A DNA stretch of 64,000 bases from an uncultured Acidimicrobiia bacterium (GCA_964633745.1 CAZWHZ010000003.1:1494-65493), one strand, 5' to 3'; shown: positions 1 through 8,677, numbered from the stretch's first letter. Program-made: numbers and translations. Notes: a model not told the origin generated them from the letters alone.

Positions 1-307
1 TGGCGGCCAGTAGAACCCGGGCCTCGTTGGTTGCGCAGACCACGGTGGAGCGGGCATCGCGGGGGTTCGGCTCGCGAGCGACGAGACCACGCTGCTCCAG
101 CCGTCCGACGATCCCTGTGATGCTAGGTGCACTGATGCGTTCGAGTTCGGCAAGCTGACCCATGCGAAGAGGGCCTTGCCGGTCGAGCGTCGCGAGGACG
201 GAGCGTTGGGATGGTGTGAGATCGCCGAGCGACTCCTGGCGGAGCCGGCGAGCGAGGCGACCCACCGAGAGGCGGAGAGGTACCGCGAGATCCTGTCGGT
301 CGAGCAT
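1..307 (-). CDS. MarR-family transcriptional regulator (3' end runs off the window)
   Basis: Not in the ORF track because it is open-ended. Manual minus-strand translation from ATG 307-305 gives MLDRQDLAVPLRLSVGRLARRLRQESLGDLTPSQRSVLATLDRQGPLRMGQLAELERISAPSITGIVGRLEQRGLVAREPNPRDARSTVV..., a typical MarR winged HTH. The 176-442 part of the plus ORF is its antisense shadow. Confidence 0.8.
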   Translation of the reverse strand, partial: MLDRQDLAVPLRLSVGRLARRLRQESLGDLTPSQRSVLATLDRQGPLRMGQLAELERISAPSITGIVGRLEQRGLVAREPNPRDARSTVVCATNEARVLLAA

Positions 308-442
308 GTGATCCTCTGGCAGATGCTTAGCCAGGCTAATCAAGGTGGGCCGCCACCTCGAATCCAGGTTCGGCGCAACCCACAGGCCCGCTCAGCCCGG
401 GGTTCGCAGGGGGTGGCGCTTTCCGGCACTACGATTCCGGCG

Positions 443-1543
443 ATGACCGCATATGAGTTCACGGACGGCGCCACGGCAATCGTTCGAGGCGCCCTGGACG
501 CAGGGTGCGACTTCTTCGCCGGGTACCCGATCACCCCGGCATCACAGATCCTCATGATGATGATGGCGGAGCTCCCAAAGGTGGGCGGTATCGCAATGCA
601 GGGGGAGGACGAGATCGCGTCGATCGGGATGTGCATCGGTGCCACGATGGCCGGTGCACGTTCGATGACCGCGACCTCGGGCCCCGGCATCAGCTTGTAT
701 TCGGAGAACATCGGCATGGCGATCATGGGCGAGGTCCCCCTGGTGATCGTCGACGTGCAACGTCTTGGCCCCAGCACTGGAGGAGCGACAACGGCTGCCC
801 AGGGCGACGTGCAGTTCGTCAGATGGGGGACCGGTGGCGGGTACCCGATCATCGCCCTCGCTCCCTCGACGATCGCCGAGTGCTACACGCTGACCATGAA
901 GGCGTTCGATCTCTCAGAAAGGTTTCGGTGTCCCGTCTTTCTCCTGACAGACAAGGAGCTGAATCTGACACGCAACACCGTTGCCACGGATGCCTATGTC
1001 GAGGTTCCTGTTCGAGAGAGAGAGCTCACTGGCGAGGGTGCGCCGTACCGGTTCGGCGGCGACGCGGCACCGATGGAGCTGTACGGCGCCGGGGTCGTGC
1101 GCTTCACCGGTTCCAGCCACGATGAAGAGGCCATCATCTCCAAGGACCCGGCCGTTGTGGGAAGGTTGAACAGGCACCTTCGAGACAAGATCATGTCCCA
1201 CCGAGAGGAGATCGAGTTGATGCAGATCGACCGGGACCCCGAGGCGACGACCCTGTTCGTCTCCTATGGGATCACGGCAGGTGCGATGCGAGACGCCGTT
1301 GCGATGGCCAGGGTGAAAGGGGCGCACGTTTCGTCCGTTACCGTGCAGAGCCTCTGGCCCATCCCGGAAACCGGTCTGCGCTCCGCATTCGAGAGCATCG
1401 GCCGGATTGTCGTTGGAGAACTCAACCCGGGCTTGTATCTGAGAGAGATCGAACGCATCGCGGAGGACCGGGAGGTACTTGGTCTCAATAGAATCGACGG
1501 CGAGCTGATCTCGCCGGTGCAGTTCCTGGAGTTCCTGCCATGA
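443..1543 (+). CDS. 2-oxoacid:ferredoxin oxidoreductase, alpha subunit (KorA/PorA-like)
   Basis: ORF 176..1543. Start moved to ATG 443 because MTAYEFTDGATAIVRGALDAGCDFFAGYPITPASQI matches the conserved N-terminus of OFOR alpha subunits. The stop overlaps the next gene (ATGA at 1540). Confidence 0.85.
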   Translation: MTAYEFTDGATAIVRGALDAGCDFFAGYPITPASQILMMMMAELPKVGGIAMQGEDEIASIGMCIGATMAGARSMTATSGPGISLYSENIGMAIMGEVPLVIVDVQRLGPSTGGATTAAQGDVQFVRWGTGGGYPIIALAPSTIAECYTLTMKAFDLSERFRCPVFLLTDKELNLTRNTVATDAYVEVPVRERELTGEGAPYRFGGDAAPMELYGAGVVRFTGSSHDEEAIISKDPAVVGRLNRHLRDKIMSHREEIELMQIDRDPEATTLFVSYGITAGAMRDAVAMARVKGAHVSSVTVQSLWPIPETGLRSAFESIGRIVVGELNPGLYLREIERIAEDREVLGLNRIDGELISPVQFLEFLP

Positions 1544-2850
1544 CCGTCGACACGTACCGCAACGACAGCGCATACCCCTTCTGTCCCGGCTGTGGGCACG
1601 GCTCGATCTTGGACGCGCTCAACGAGGCCCTGCTCATGCAACAGATCAACCCGGCGAAACTCGTGATCGTCAGCGACATCGGGTGCTCTGGCCTGTCGGA
1701 CCAGTACTTCGGAACGAGCGCGTTCCACGGGCTGCATGGCCGGAGCCTCACCTACGCGACCGGCATCAAACTTGCAAGGCCGGACCTTCACGTCGTGGTC
1801 ATCATGGGGGATGGTGGCACCGGCATCGGCGGGGCTCACCTGCTCAACGCCGCCCGCCGGAACATCGGCCTCACGCTGCTCGTGTTCAACAACATGAACT
1901 ACGGGATGACCGGTGGGCAGCATTCGACGACCACGCCGTTCGGTTCGATCACCTCGACCACTCCGGGTGGGAATCTGGAACACCCGTTGGACATCTGCGC
2001 CACCGTCGGAGTGAACGGTGCCGCGTACGTCTACCGGGGAACCAACTTCGACAAGGATCTTCCGGAACGGATCGTCGAGGGCATGCAGACTCCGGGGTTC
2101 GCAGTGCTGGACATCTGGGATCTATGCACCGCCTACTTCGTGCCCAACAACACCTTCGGCAAGCGTTCGCTCATCGCCGCACAAGAAGAGCTCGGCCTTC
2201 CCGCCGGTGTGCTCTACCAGCGAGAAGCGGACGAGTATGCAGCTGCCTATCGTTCCGCAGCCGAGCGGCTCCGGAACGATAGGCCGCGCAAGACGAGGGC
2301 GCTGGTCCCGGAGTTGACGTCGTCTCTCGACAGAACGGTCAACCTCATGGTGGCCGGCTCCGCCGGTGGGAAGGTGCGATCAGCAGCCAAGATGATCGCC
2401 GAAGCGGCTATTCGCTCGAACCTGTATGCCGCGCAACGTGACGACTACCCGATCACCGTGAAGACGGGCCACTCGGTTTCGCAGGTGGTCCTGAGCCCTC
2501 ACCCGATCGACTTCCCGGGCATGGACGAGCCTGATGTGCTCGTCATCCTCTCCTCGGAGGGGCTGCGCAAGGCGGCCCGGTACCTGGGCGGCATGAAGGG
2601 ATCCGTGTTCGTGGTGCCGGAGTTCGCGGGGGTGGAGACCGGCGGGACGGTCACCGTTCTCGACCCGAAGTCAGGACCGGGTCGAGTCGCGAAGTCGGAA
2701 CTCGCGCTTGCCGTGCTCGCCGGCGCCGTCGTCCACGAACGACTGCTCGAGGTCGAGGCGCTTCGGAAGGCGGTCGGGGCCTACCCGGCCTTCGCCGAGA
2801 AGAACCTCGCGGCGATTGAAGCCGGCCTGGCGATGGCGGGAGTGAGCTAG
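1540..2850 (+). CDS. 2-oxoacid:ferredoxin oxidoreductase, beta (TPP-binding) subunit with a C-terminal gamma-like domain
   Basis: N-terminal half: CPGCGHG, GCSG and IMGDGG...NNMNYGMTGGQ TPP-binding motifs. C-terminal ~170 aa (VNLMVAGSAGGKVRSAAKMIAEAAI...DEPDVLVILSSEGL...) resembles the POR/gamma domain. Confidence 0.8.
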   Translation: MTVDTYRNDSAYPFCPGCGHGSILDALNEALLMQQINPAKLVIVSDIGCSGLSDQYFGTSAFHGLHGRSLTYATGIKLARPDLHVVVIMGDGGTGIGGAHLLNAARRNIGLTLLVFNNMNYGMTGGQHSTTTPFGSITSTTPGGNLEHPLDICATVGVNGAAYVYRGTNFDKDLPERIVEGMQTPGFAVLDIWDLCTAYFVPNNTFGKRSLIAAQEELGLPAGVLYQREADEYAAAYRSAAERLRNDRPRKTRALVPELTSSLDRTVNLMVAGSAGGKVRSAAKMIAEAAIRSNLYAAQRDDYPITVKTGHSVSQVVLSPHPIDFPGMDEPDVLVILSSEGLRKAARYLGGMKGSVFVVPEFAGVETGGTVTVLDPKSGPGRVAKSELALAVLAGAVVHERLLEVEALRKAVGAYPAFAEKNLAAIEAGLAMAGVS

Positions 2851-2874
2851 GACTCGCGGGGCGACTCCTAGCTC
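2844..2874. terminator. 13-bp hairpin spanning the stop codon of the OFOR beta-gamma gene
   Basis: GAGCTAGGACTCG-CGGGG-CGACTCCTAGCTC (one C-C mismatch). No U-tract follows. Lies between convergent genes. Confidence 0.4.
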
Positions 2875-2899
2875 GTATCTCGTATCGTGTACCTCGTAC
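2872..2899. repeat. Heptamer tandem array (CTCGTAT CTCGTAT CGTGTAC CTCGTAC)
   Basis: Four consecutive 7-nt units read directly from the sequence. Same consensus (CYYGTAY) as the array at 43062-43110. Confidence 0.7.
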
Positions 2900-2949
2900 C
2901 CGGCCGCAGGGTGGAAGAACGCCTTCGGTCTCCGTCAGGACAGGGGCTG

Positions 2950-4578
2950 TCAGGTTTCCAGCCTGGACTCCACCATTGCGGTGATCTCGGCGGCCACGCT
3001 GCGACAGATCTCGAGGGCGGTGGCGCGCCGCTGCTCCAACTCGTCATAGCCGCTCAGTGAGGAGAGGTTGACGCGCACGTTGAGGGATGCCCCCTCGGCG
3101 GCGGCCAGCGCACACAGACCGGCGACGGCGGCGTCGGTGACGGCGCTCATGTTGCCGCCGGCCGCCACCTGGAGGGCGATCTGGAGCGCATCGACGCTCT
3201 GCTCGAGTACCTCCAGGGGTACGAGCGTCGCGCCGACCGTCGCTTTCTCGATCGCTACCGACCGTGTCGGATCAGCACGCGGAACTCGAAACGCCGCGAT
3301 CAGCGTGTCGAACGATTCGGCGTCGCGATCGACAGCCTCGAGGAACCAATCCTTGAGTTCCTGCGTCCTGCGCCCAGCGGCATCCATCTCCGGTGCCCTC
3401 GACTTGGAGAACGTGAGCGCCGCAACCATCGACGACAGCGAGGCGGAAAGGGCAGCGACGAGGGCCGCTGTGCTCCCGCCTCCGGGCGTAGGGGTGCCTC
3501 CGGAGAGCGTGTCCGCGAAGGCGTGGACAGACATCGCGACGAGCCCCGATGGTGCTCCTCTGTAGCGGTACTCGATCACCTTCTGGGAGGGGTCGAATGG
3601 ACCGACGTCATCCAAGCCGAGACTCATGGCCGCGATGTGGATGCGCTCCACCTCGGGGACCCCGGTGGTCATCCCTTGGGCACGCAGGTAGTGATCGGCG
3701 GCGTCGAGCATCGCGTTCCGAGGAACCAACCCGACGATCTCGCTTCCCGTGACGCGCAAGCCGAGACGTGCGGCCTCCTCGCAAGCTGCGTCGAAGACGA
3801 CATGCAGGGGTGTGACAGAGGGATCGGTGAGGTTGAAGGACACCTGGGCGCGGCCGTACTCCTCGATGTACCAGCCGACTCCTCGGAGTTCCGTGAACCG
3901 CCCGGGGACACGCACGGCCGCACCGGTGTCGTCTCGAACGATCGTGCCCTTCTCATCTCTCTTGACCCTGCCGCTCTCGCGAAGCTCCCCGGCGATCTTG
4001 CCGGCAGCGGATCGATCACGGGTGTTCAGGTTCACGTTGTAGGCGATAAGAAAGTTCCTCGCTCCGATGGCCGTCGCACCGGAACGGGCATTGAAGTCGT
4101 CGGGACCGAAGTCGGGAGAGTCGCCCCGATCGGAGAGCCCTTCGTACTCTCCACGTCTGACGTTCGCCAGCGACCGACGCTCGGGCGCGGTCGCCGCCTC
4201 TCCATACAGGTAGACGGGGACGCCCAACTCGCTGCCGACCCTCGCCCCGACCCTCCGCGCCAAATCGGCGCAGTCTTGCATCGTCGCACCATCGAGCGGC
4301 ACGAACGGGCAAACATCCGTTGCGCCCATCCGGGGGTGTTCCCCATGGTGGAGGCGCATGTCGATGAGGTCGGCGGCGCGCTCGATTGCGCGAAACGCCG
4401 CTTCTTCGACAGCAGCCAGCTCCCCGACGAACGTCATGACGGTGCGGTTCGTCGCAACACCGGGATCGATGTCGAGTAGCTCTGCACCACCCACCGCGGA
4501 GATCGCGGCGGCAATCGCATCGACTACCGCAGGATCGCGGCCCTCACTGAAGTTGGGAACACACTCGACGAGTTTCAT
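2950..4578 (-). CDS. Bifunctional glutamate formimidoyltransferase / formimidoyltetrahydrofolate cyclodeaminase (FTCD-like fusion)
   Basis: ORF 2950..4650. Start moved to ATG 4578 (MKLVECVPNFSEGRD, the canonical formiminotransferase N-terminus) with GGAGG upstream. The C-terminal ~200 aa (FADTLSGGTPTPGGGSTAALVAALSASL...) is cyclodeaminase-like. 542 aa. Confidence 0.85.
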   Translation of the reverse strand: MKLVECVPNFSEGRDPAVVDAIAAAISAVGGAELLDIDPGVATNRTVMTFVGELAAVEEAAFRAIERAADLIDMRLHHGEHPRMGATDVCPFVPLDGATMQDCADLARRVGARVGSELGVPVYLYGEAATAPERRSLANVRRGEYEGLSDRGDSPDFGPDDFNARSGATAIGARNFLIAYNVNLNTRDRSAAGKIAGELRESGRVKRDEKGTIVRDDTGAAVRVPGRFTELRGVGWYIEEYGRAQVSFNLTDPSVTPLHVVFDAACEEAARLGLRVTGSEIVGLVPRNAMLDAADHYLRAQGMTTGVPEVERIHIAAMSLGLDDVGPFDPSQKVIEYRYRGAPSGLVAMSVHAFADTLSGGTPTPGGGSTAALVAALSASLSSMVAALTFSKSRAPEMDAAGRRTQELKDWFLEAVDRDAESFDTLIAAFRVPRADPTRSVAIEKATVGATLVPLEVLEQSVDALQIALQVAAGGNMSAVTDAAVAGLCALAAAEGASLNVRVNLSSLSGYDELEQRRATALEICRSVAAEITAMVESRLET

Positions 4579-4799
4579 CACGCCTCCAGTTCGAAGAGGG
4601 TCTCGAGCGGCTCGCGGCCCATGTAGTGCGAAGCCATCAACTCCTCCCACTCCGCATATCGTTCCTCACAGCGCAGCGAGCAGAACTCGGACCTCCTACG
4701 CCTGGTGGCGCCGTCCCACAAGCACGTCGCATGCAGACGCCGCAACCACAGAGGGTCGAAGAGCGGATACCGACCCAAGGGCTCGTGCGTGGGTTCCAT
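4578..4799 (-). CDS. Hypothetical 73-aa protein, translationally coupled to the FTCD gene
   Basis: ORF 4578..4910 trimmed to ATG 4799, which is preceded by GAGGAGAG. Its stop overlaps the FTCD start (TGATG). Contains HATC...FCSLRC, a possible metal site. No family recognised. Confidence 0.45.
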   Translation of the reverse strand: MEPTHEPLGRYPLFDPLWLRRLHATCLWDGATRRRRSEFCSLRCEERYAEWEELMASHYMGREPLETLFELEA

Positions 4800-4901
4800 C
4801 CTCTCCTCACTGCTCCTCCCCAGGCTAGAGGGGTTGCGGATGCTCGTCCCAGCCCGAAACATCTTCAGAATACGTGGTGGGGTGCCGATGCCTGAAGCTG
4901 A

Positions 4902-5081
4902 ATGCAACAAGGCCTGACATTCAAGTGCACGCGGTGTCGTGCCAAGCCTGCGGTAGTGAAGAAGGGACGCAAGACGTTTCTCTGCGCCAGCTGCGCATCG
5001 GACCTCATGTGGCAGGACATCGTGGGCTGGATCTCCGACCCGGTCGGAGAAGATGACGCGCCGGACGCGGGCTCCGTATAG
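4902..5081 (+). CDS. Unannotated 59-aa zinc-ribbon protein (below the ORF-track size cutoff)
   Basis: Manual translation: MQQGLTFKCTRCRAKPAVVKKGRKTFLCASCASDLMWQDIVGWISDPVGEDDAPDAGSV-stop. CxxC-x16-CxxC. GC-rich third codon positions. Ends 10 nt before the next gene. Confidence 0.5.
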   Translation: MQQGLTFKCTRCRAKPAVVKKGRKTFLCASCASDLMWQDIVGWISDPVGEDDAPDAGSV

Positions 5082-5090
5082 CCTGGGGAT

Positions 5091-5414
5091 GTGTACAGGC
5101 GAAGCGGCACCTACGTTCTGCTCGCAGGGGCCTTTCTAGCCCTGCTGCTGCTCTGGCTGCCCGTTCGCTACTTCACCGGGTACTCGATCGGGAGAGATCA
5201 CGTCAGCAAGATCTACCTTCCATGCGGAACGGCATTGGGGATACTCACCGATCAGTTCGACCCCGCCGTGACGCGACCCGGCGAACGGAACGAGTGCACC
5301 AAACGGGCGCGAGGTCGCATCGTCTATGTGGTGGTATTCGTCGGTCCGCTTCTGGTGCTTGGCATGTACGGGGTCCTCCGCGGTCCCCACCCTTACCTTC
5401 CGCTTCGCCAGTAG
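5091..5414 (+). CDS. Hypothetical membrane protein (two predicted TM helices)
   Basis: GTG start with GGGGA upstream. Hydrophobic stretches YVLLAGAFLALLLLWLPV and IVYVVVFVGPLLVLGMYGVL. Confidence 0.5.
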   Translation: MYRRSGTYVLLAGAFLALLLLWLPVRYFTGYSIGRDHVSKIYLPCGTALGILTDQFDPAVTRPGERNECTKRARGRIVYVVVFVGPLLVLGMYGVLRGPHPYLPLRQ

Positions 5415-5759
5415 GAAGCGACCCTCGGGATCCCTCCCGGCAGCCTGGCAGTATGTACCGGACATCCGGCACGCCGTGCTGGTGGCGGTGGCTCACCATC
5501 ATGCCGCTGACCCTCCCACATGCATGATGAACGGGTGAACGATCGGGATCTTCACCGCCTACTACGACCTGGTTCTCATGCCTCCGGAGTCGAGCACAGT
5601 GCGTGGAGTGGGCACGAGGCAGGATCACGATCAGCGTCACGCTGGACCTTCCCTTGGGGATCTTCGGGATGCCGCCGCAGGGGTCAGGCGCTCAGCCGGC
5701 GGACCGATGCCTGACGGCTCGCTCTGCTCGCGACGGGAGAAGATCGCGCGCACCGAGCG

Positions 5760-6662
5760 CTATCGCTCAGCCCTCGAGGCGAGGTACGCGCCACCGAGCA
5801 CCATCGTGGTGCCGAGGATGGATATGCCGGCCACGTGCTCGCCATGGAACAGCACGCCGAGCAGGATCGCAACGATCGGCAGGAAGTAGATCGCTATGGA
5901 CGCTCGCGTTGCTCCGACACGACCAGCCAGCACCGACATCGCGAGCTGCGCGACTCCCGTCCCGAGTACGCCAAGTGCCGCGACCGCGGCCAACGGTCCC
6001 CACGCGAATGTGACCTTGGACAGCTGTGTCAAGCCGATCGGTACCACGATCACGATGGCTGACAGCTGCGCACGGAACACGACAGGGAACGCGCCGTACC
6101 GCTGCTGGAGTGGTACCGCCAGATTCACGGCCAGGCCATAGGAGAGTGCTGCTGCCACCACCATCAGGGACCCGTAGACGGCGGCAGTTCCACCTCCCAG
6201 CGATGGCAGACCTATCGCGACGATGCCGGCCAAACCAAGAGACAACCCAAGCAGCTGAGGGCGTCCCGGCGCCTTCCGAAGGAGGAACGCTGCGATCACC
6301 GCCGAGAAGATGGGCATCGACCCGTTGAGCATTCCTGCCAACGATGAAGAGATCCACTGCTCTGCGATCGGGAACATCAACATAGGGAATGCCATCCACA
6401 CGACGCCGAGCAGCGCAAGCCTCGGCAGATCCGCTCGATCCACGTGGTGGCGCGATGCAGGAACGAGTGAGAGCGTTGCCGCACCGACCAGGAGGCGCAG
6501 CGACGTGACCACCGGAGGTGGGAAGGCCTCCAATCCGAACGCGATCAGCAGGAACGACGATCCCCAGATGAGCGAGATGGCGCCGAGAAGCCCCCAGTCG
6601 GCAACCGAGTAGGCAGCACGCCTGGTGCCGGGTGCCGTGAACAGGATGGTCGGTCGCCGCAT
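5760..6662 (-). CDS. EamA/DMT-family transporter
   Basis: ORF 5760..6761 trimmed to MRRPTILF... About 10 TM segments arranged as two EamA-like halves. Confidence 0.75.
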   Translation of the reverse strand: MRRPTILFTAPGTRRAAYSVADWGLLGAISLIWGSSFLLIAFGLEAFPPPVVTSLRLLVGAATLSLVPASRHHVDRADLPRLALLGVVWMAFPMLMFPIAEQWISSSLAGMLNGSMPIFSAVIAAFLLRKAPGRPQLLGLSLGLAGIVAIGLPSLGGGTAAVYGSLMVVAAALSYGLAVNLAVPLQQRYGAFPVVFRAQLSAIVIVVPIGLTQLSKVTFAWGPLAAVAALGVLGTGVAQLAMSVLAGRVGATRASIAIYFLPIVAILLGVLFHGEHVAGISILGTTMVLGGAYLASRAER

Positions 6663-6672
6663 CGCTGCGAGG

Positions 6673-7917
6673 CTAGCCGCGCGGCTGTTCGTACTCGGAA
6701 GTGTTCTGCGCCTTCCACACAACGGTGAATGCGAGGTATATGGCAAACAGGATGATCGCAATCGGACCGATACGAACGATCTTCAACAGGCCGATCCTAT
6801 CGGCGAGCGCTGTCCCGAATAGGGCGCCGAATGGCACCGTGCTCCACGCGAGGGCTCTCCCGGCGGCACTCACCCTCCCGAGGAGATGCGGCGGCGTATA
6901 GAGCTGCCGCATGGTCAGGAGACTGATGTTCGTCCAGACCAGTCCTGTGAACGCAACGGCGAGCACACTGGTCACGATGGCCAGGTTGTGCGACCACGTG
7001 AGACCGAAGATGCCGAAGCCGAGCACCGCGAACCCGAACACGTAGCTGCGTCCCAGGCCGACGAGATCGATGACCTTCGCAGCGGTGAGAGCGCCGATAA
7101 TGCCGCCGGCACCCATGCCGACGAAGAAGACTCCGAGCTTGGCCGGATCGTTGGTGCCAAGAATCTCGGCCCCGATGAGAACCAGGGTGGCCTCGATGAA
7201 ACCTCCGGTGATGAAGTTGGCGAGTCCCCCTCCCAGCGTGGTCAGCCGGATCCGCGGTTCCCGCCAGAGATGCTGCCAGCCCTCCTTGAGTGTCTCTACG
7301 AAGTGACCATTGGTTTCGAGTGTTCGTTGCGGGACTCGAGCCAGGAGAGTGAACGACAGCGCCGATACAAGGAACGTGAGGCCGTCGAACGCGAAGGCCG
7401 AAGCAAATCCGGCCTTCTTGACGATGAAACCTCCGATGAGTGGCCCAATGAGAAAGGCTGCCTGCTGCGAGAGCGAGAGACGGCTGTTCGCTCTCGCCAA
7501 TGAGGTACCCGACGCGAGTGAAGGGATGAACGCCTGAAGTGAGGCAAAGAAGGAAGCGGCGAGGGTGCCCGAGACGAACGCGAGCGCGAACAACCCGAGT
7601 GTGGTGATCCCGGACGTACGCGATACGACGGCGAGCACGATGAATGCAGCAGCACGAAGGAGTTCGTTGAGGACGAGCAACGGTCGGAGGCGGTAGCGAT
7701 CGAGAAGTGTCCCACCCAGGAAACCGAAGATCAGGGTGGGGACGTTCTCGGCGGCGGAGAGTATGCCGAAGTCGAAGGCCCGTTCCGTGAGTCCTGCGAG
7801 GTAGAGGGGGACGGTGAAGTAGGCCACGTAGTCGCCAAGCAGCGAAATCGACTGCCCAACCCACACGACGGAGAAGTTGTGGAGCGGGTGCGCTCGTCGA
7901 TGGCTGCCGCGAGTCAC
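6673..7917 (-). CDS. MFS transporter
   Basis: 414 aa and about 12 TM segments. The N-terminus NFSVVWVGQSISLLGDYVAYFTVPLY...LDRYRLRP is typical of MFS (EntS/DUF894-like). Confidence 0.8.
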   Translation of the reverse strand: MTRGSHRRAHPLHNFSVVWVGQSISLLGDYVAYFTVPLYLAGLTERAFDFGILSAAENVPTLIFGFLGGTLLDRYRLRPLLVLNELLRAAAFIVLAVVSRTSGITTLGLFALAFVSGTLAASFFASLQAFIPSLASGTSLARANSRLSLSQQAAFLIGPLIGGFIVKKAGFASAFAFDGLTFLVSALSFTLLARVPQRTLETNGHFVETLKEGWQHLWREPRIRLTTLGGGLANFITGGFIEATLVLIGAEILGTNDPAKLGVFFVGMGAGGIIGALTAAKVIDLVGLGRSYVFGFAVLGFGIFGLTWSHNLAIVTSVLAVAFTGLVWTNISLLTMRQLYTPPHLLGRVSAAGRALAWSTVPFGALFGTALADRIGLLKIVRIGPIAIILFAIYLAFTVVWKAQNTSEYEQPRG

Positions 7918-8011
7918 GGCGGGTAGCCTAGCCGTGTGCTGGCAGGGATTTCATAGGACCTCGATCGAGATTCGCCGATGTGATCTGCGCTCGGGTAGCC
8001 TCAACGTTGTC

Positions 8012-8311
8012 ATGGGTGATCTACGCGAGTTACCAGAGCAGGTCAGCGAGCTGATCGATCTCTCCAAGGAGTACCTGCGTCAGGAGACGATCGAACCTGT
8101 CAAGAGGCTCGGACGAGTGTTCGGCATGGGTTTCGCCGCGTCCGTTCTTTTCTCGATCGGAGCGCTCCTCCTGTCGGTCGCCGGTATGCGGCTGATGGTG
8201 CGGGTCCTCCCGGAGGGGCAGCTCTGGAGCGCGCTTGGCGTATTCATCTCATTCGTCGTGCTTGCCGGGGTAGCGGGCCTGATCATGTGGAGGGCGAGTC
8301 GCGATGGTTGA
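8012..8311 (+). CDS. Small membrane protein, actinobacterial holin-X-like
   Basis: ORF 7877..8311 trimmed to ATG 8012 (MGDLRELPEQVSELIDLSKEYLRQETIEPVKRL, then two TM helices). The family call is from memory of the architecture only. Confidence 0.5.
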   Translation: MGDLRELPEQVSELIDLSKEYLRQETIEPVKRLGRVFGMGFAASVLFSIGALLLSVAGMRLMVRVLPEGQLWSALGVFISFVVLAGVAGLIMWRASRDG

Positions 8312-8495
8312 ACGGGCCGATATCGAAGCCAAGGCACGCGAGATCGAACAGACGCTCAATGAAACGAAGGAGAGCGTCCAGGACAAGGGCGTGATGATCG
8401 CGATCGCAGTGATCGCAGTGATCGGTATCGCGTTTCTGTTGGGCCGGCGTCGCGGCAAGCAGGCCAGGGCCGTTGTGAAGGTCTACCGGTCCTGA
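8304..8495 (+). CDS. Small membrane-anchored protein (63 aa)
   Basis: Overlaps the previous gene by 8 nt (ATGGTTGA). Charged helix followed by TM MIAIAVIAVIGIAFLLG and a basic tail. Confidence 0.5.
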   Translation: MVERADIEAKAREIEQTLNETKESVQDKGVMIAIAVIAVIGIAFLLGRRRGKQARAVVKVYRS

Positions 8496-8677
8496 CTCTC
8501 GAGTCCGATTCGGATGGTCTCGCCAGGCCTCAGTCGCTTCTGGTAGACAACCTTTGAAGGGCGAGGTTTTCGAAGAAACCCGAACGCGAGGATCGCTGCA
8601 CCAACCACCACCAGTTTCGCGTCGCCTGTTCGTAGGCCACGAAAGAGATTCCTCGTTCCCAGTCCATCGAGCTGCAT
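8483..8677 (-). CDS. Hypothetical 64-aa protein
   Basis: Convergent with the previous gene. One hydrophobic segment, LVVVGAAILAFGFL. No family recognised. Confidence 0.35.
   Translation of the reverse strand: MQLDGLGTRNLFRGLRTGDAKLVVVGAAILAFGFLRKPRPSKVVYQKRLRPGETIRIGLESQDR

Noticed and set aside
5415-5759. 345-nt gap between the membrane-protein gene and the EamA gene, containing several overlapping 60-130 aa ORFs
   Set aside because: I translated all frames. All are Arg/Ser/Gly/His-rich with no motif, SD sequence or coherent codon bias. I recognised no structured-RNA signature, so the gap is left unannotated.
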